DNA of 64,000 nucleotides from Marsupella aquatica (Eukaryota; Plantae; Marchantiophyta): NCBI GenBank assembly GCA_973895155.1, contig OZ316899.1, positions 5,831,241 to 5,895,240 of the forward strand, read 5' to 3'. Shown piece by piece: positions 61,122 to 64,000 of this stretch (position 1 is its first letter; each line of letters starts with the position of its first letter). The notes under the pieces were generated by a model. It saw only the letters and a program-made list of their open reading frames with translations, ran no database searches and was not told where the DNA came from. The position numbers and the translations under genes were made by a program.

Positions 61122-64000
61122 ATGCCCGTCACTCATTCTCAAGCAGCTTACTTGAGGAGATTGACCAACGAACGAGAAAGTGCAACCACGACAAGTTCCA
61201 ATTCTTTGGGCTCGGAGGACTCGCAATCGCCCGGACGTATGAACATACCCCCGGGACCTTCGGGGTCCGGTTCGACCGGTCCTACTGCGGTTCCTCCGCC
61301 ACCACCACCACCACCGCCACCTCCACCACCACCTATGGCAGCCGCTCCACCGATGGCCCGCACTGCTCAACCTCCACAAATATTGCAACGATTGCGATTT
61401 CATTATCGACCTTTCAAGGGGCGTCATGGGGATGATCCGGATGAATGGTTGGATGAGTTTGAAGCCACTGCTAAAGCTAATGGGGAAGACGCCATTAAGC
61501 TAACCGTCCTCCCGGGAGTGATGCGGGGAGAAGCTCGTCCATGGTACAACTCGTTGCCACCTGGGACTACATGGGCACAATTCCAAGCTGCATTGCTGCA
61601 GGAGTTTCGTGCCATTGGATCAGAACAACGTTCTCTATTAAAGATTGGCCAGCTTCGCATGGGAAAGAAGGAGTCCCTGCGGAAGTTCATTCAGAAGTTT
61701 CAGAAACTTGCGGCCAAGATCCAGCCCAGGCCGGGAAACGCGCTCCAGCTTACATGGTTCCTTCATGGTTTGCCCATGAATATGCAATTCTGGGTACGCC
61801 AGAATAATCCAATTTCAATGCAGGCGGCCATAGCGTGCGCCGAAACTTACCGGGAGTCCACCTATAACTCCCGGCAGAGCCAGCAAGCACGCCGCAAGAA
61901 GGGTAAGTACGAGACCTTCAGTGACAGTGAATCCAAATCGGACGACGAGAGGAAGAAGAAACGGAAGAAGAAGAAGAAACATCGTTCGACCTCGTCCAGC
62001 TCGGAGATGGAATCCAGTTCGGATTCAGCTTCAAGCATCGGATCCTCTACCTCCAATTCATCAGGAAGTGAATCGGAGAGCGAAAGCCGGAGCAAAAAGA
62101 AGAAGAGACGAGTGAAGAAGGAGGGGAAGATCAAACCCCGGGCGCGAAGAACGATACCAGATCCAAAGGCTGCCGAAGCAGACAAGCTGAACGAAATCAC
62201 GGATTGACTCAAAGCACTGTCAGTACATCTTGCGGAAAAGCCGGTGGAGAAGAAGAAGCCATCTGAGATTCGAGCCCATGCGTGGTGTTCAAAGTGCTTC
62301 CAATCCGGCCATGTGGTGCAGGAATGCCCAAGGTGGAAGAACCGAGTTCACCAAGTAGAGCTGGATGATGTTGACAACCCGGGTCCCGAATCGGAGTCCA
62401 CGGAGTATTTCTTTGAGGACCCTCCTGATTCCGTGTACCAGATTTCAACGGTAGGTCCGCGTAATTTAGCGGGTAGAACTGCGTACCCCTACCCAAACAA
62501 TGGCCGGAGTTTCCAGGTTATCAGTAACCCGAGCATCCCTCCTAAGCCAGGGATTTGGCGATCCCCGGTTTGTTATAACTGTGAAAAGCCAGGACACTTT
62601 GCGAGGGAATGCACCGAACCAAGATGCCAGGGGGATGGCCGTGGCACGCCACTTTGTCAAGTCTGCAAAATGGAAGCTCATTCCACAGCCAACTGTCCAT
62701 TGGTCATGGCCGCTCGAACAAATGCAGCAAGACCAGCCTAGGGCGGACCGACCACGAGTGATGCGGTTGTCCAAATGATTGCGGTGGAATGGCAGGATGA
62801 CAATACCGAGTGGGTGAATCTGGTGGACGTGGCGGAACACCCTAATCCATCTGACGAGGCTGAGTGCTATCGTGTGTCAACAAGAGCTGAACGGAAGGAA
62901 GAGAAGCAGGAGGAGAAATGCAGGAAAAAGCAAGATACTACTCCGGTGCAGCCAGCGATAGATATACCCCCGAAGAAGGACGATGACTACCGACGGGATG
63001 ACCTGAAGCTATTTTTCCCCCGCATCGAAGAATTGGTAAAGAAACAGCTGGAGGCCTACGAAGCTCGGGAATACCAGAAGGCAATCGATAAGGACATCAA
63101 AGTAGCCGAGACAGCCCGGCGACAGGAGCAAGAAAAGCAAGATAAGCAAGAGGAGGCCAAGCAGCAGCCGAAGGAAGAAAAGAAGGAGGACTATGATATT
63201 AAGGAGGACGTGAAGAGTTGCCCGGTTACAGCAACGGTAGGACAACTGCTACAAAACAATCCACAGTACAGACGGCAACTGAGGGAGTTGCTTACGGGTC
63301 GACGACGGAGACGACTACCCCGAGTTGGGACCGCGGATTGCAACATGATATGCGAGGACCTGGGAGCGCCGGACATCTCGATTGAAATTAATAATTGTAC
63401 CATCAGGATGGTTCTCGTAGATGGAGGAGCGGGAGTCAACATCATGACGGAAGAGACGTCAGTCAAGTTAGGATACCTCACGTATCAACCCACAGCCCGA
63501 GCTATCAGATTAGCAAACGGGGCAAGGGTACTTCCATTGGGCACGCTTACACGGGTACTCACTCTGGTAGGAGGGGTGGAGTTCTATCTCAACTTCCTAG
63601 TCATGAGGCCAGTTTGGCCCTCCTCTTATCCGGTCCTCCTAGGCAGGCCGTGGCTGTACGGTGGCCGTGTGGTCACGGATTGGGGAAAGAAGGAGCTACG
63701 GTTCGGGACACCCACCGTACGGGTATCATGGGCAATGGACGATTATCAGGGAGAAACCCCACAAGGACCCGAGGAATATGATTTGGAGACCTCGGAGGAA
63801 GAGGAACTCAATATGATTGAACTCATCTCGTCCCTGTCCGAGGAAGATGTCTTCGGAGTTGAAGCAACCCGCGAAACACATCTCCTAAATTACCCGAGGG
63901 TTGCCATTGAGTCCACCCCAAGCACATCTACTGTCGGGGATGAGGAAATGCATGAACAACTCGTCGAGACGGAGGACACGGCTCCAGCTAAGCAGGGAGC
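61122..64000 (+). pseudogene. gag with three CCHC knuckles and aspartic protease (in-frame stops)
   Basis: FKGRHGDDPDEWLDEF, CSKCFQSGHVVQEC, CYNCEKPGHFAREC, CQVCKMEAHSTANC, and VLVDGGAGVNIM at about 63410. Confidence 0.9.

Larger units (their letters stand above)
56978..64000 (+). mobile_element. Ty3/Gypsy LTR retrotransposon (probably non-chromovirus), 5' part; continues beyond the window
   Basis: Putative LTR 56978-60998 (TGTGACGCCGTCG...CGACGACATGACA, 10/13 inverted match), TATA at about 57337, PBS at 61011, gag and protease. Confidence 0.85.

Overview
Gene-free, heavily nested transposable-element (TE) region of a eukaryote. It is most likely a non-seed plant such as a moss, inferred from the element types and GT-AG introns. 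Left to right: (i) an LTR ending at 1350 with a PBS, with an inverted second copy at 20764-22126; (ii) a chromovirus Ty3/Gypsy element (2545-20585, minus, 5-bp TSD TAGCC, non-canonical AGT...ACT LTR ends), interrupted in gag by a complete 9.5-kb CACTA element (8194-17670, TSD ATT); (iii) a 3-kb putative LTR carrying an ORF (22530-25549); (iv) a large MULE-like unit (about 25550-46570) with a SWIM-type transposase, two F-box-like ORFs and a ParB-like/methyltransferase-like gene, itself interrupted by a gag-protease-only LTR element (26097-31064), a 4.75-kb coding solo LTR (32818-37566) and a MITE; (v) a gag/protease remnant; (vi) a second, divergent CACTA element (about 49258-56977); (vii) a Ty3/Gypsy element with an approximately 4-kb coding LTR running off the right edge. 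The main candidate novelty is that both CACTA elements carry a SET-domain exon between the transposase-associated Cys/His exon and the transposase core. In copy 1 one splice donor joins in frame to either the SET exon or the transposase exon. A second novelty is three divergent long LTRs that themselves encode homologous PMD-like proteins. Most ORFs are pseudogenised. All domain calls are by eye, with no database searches.
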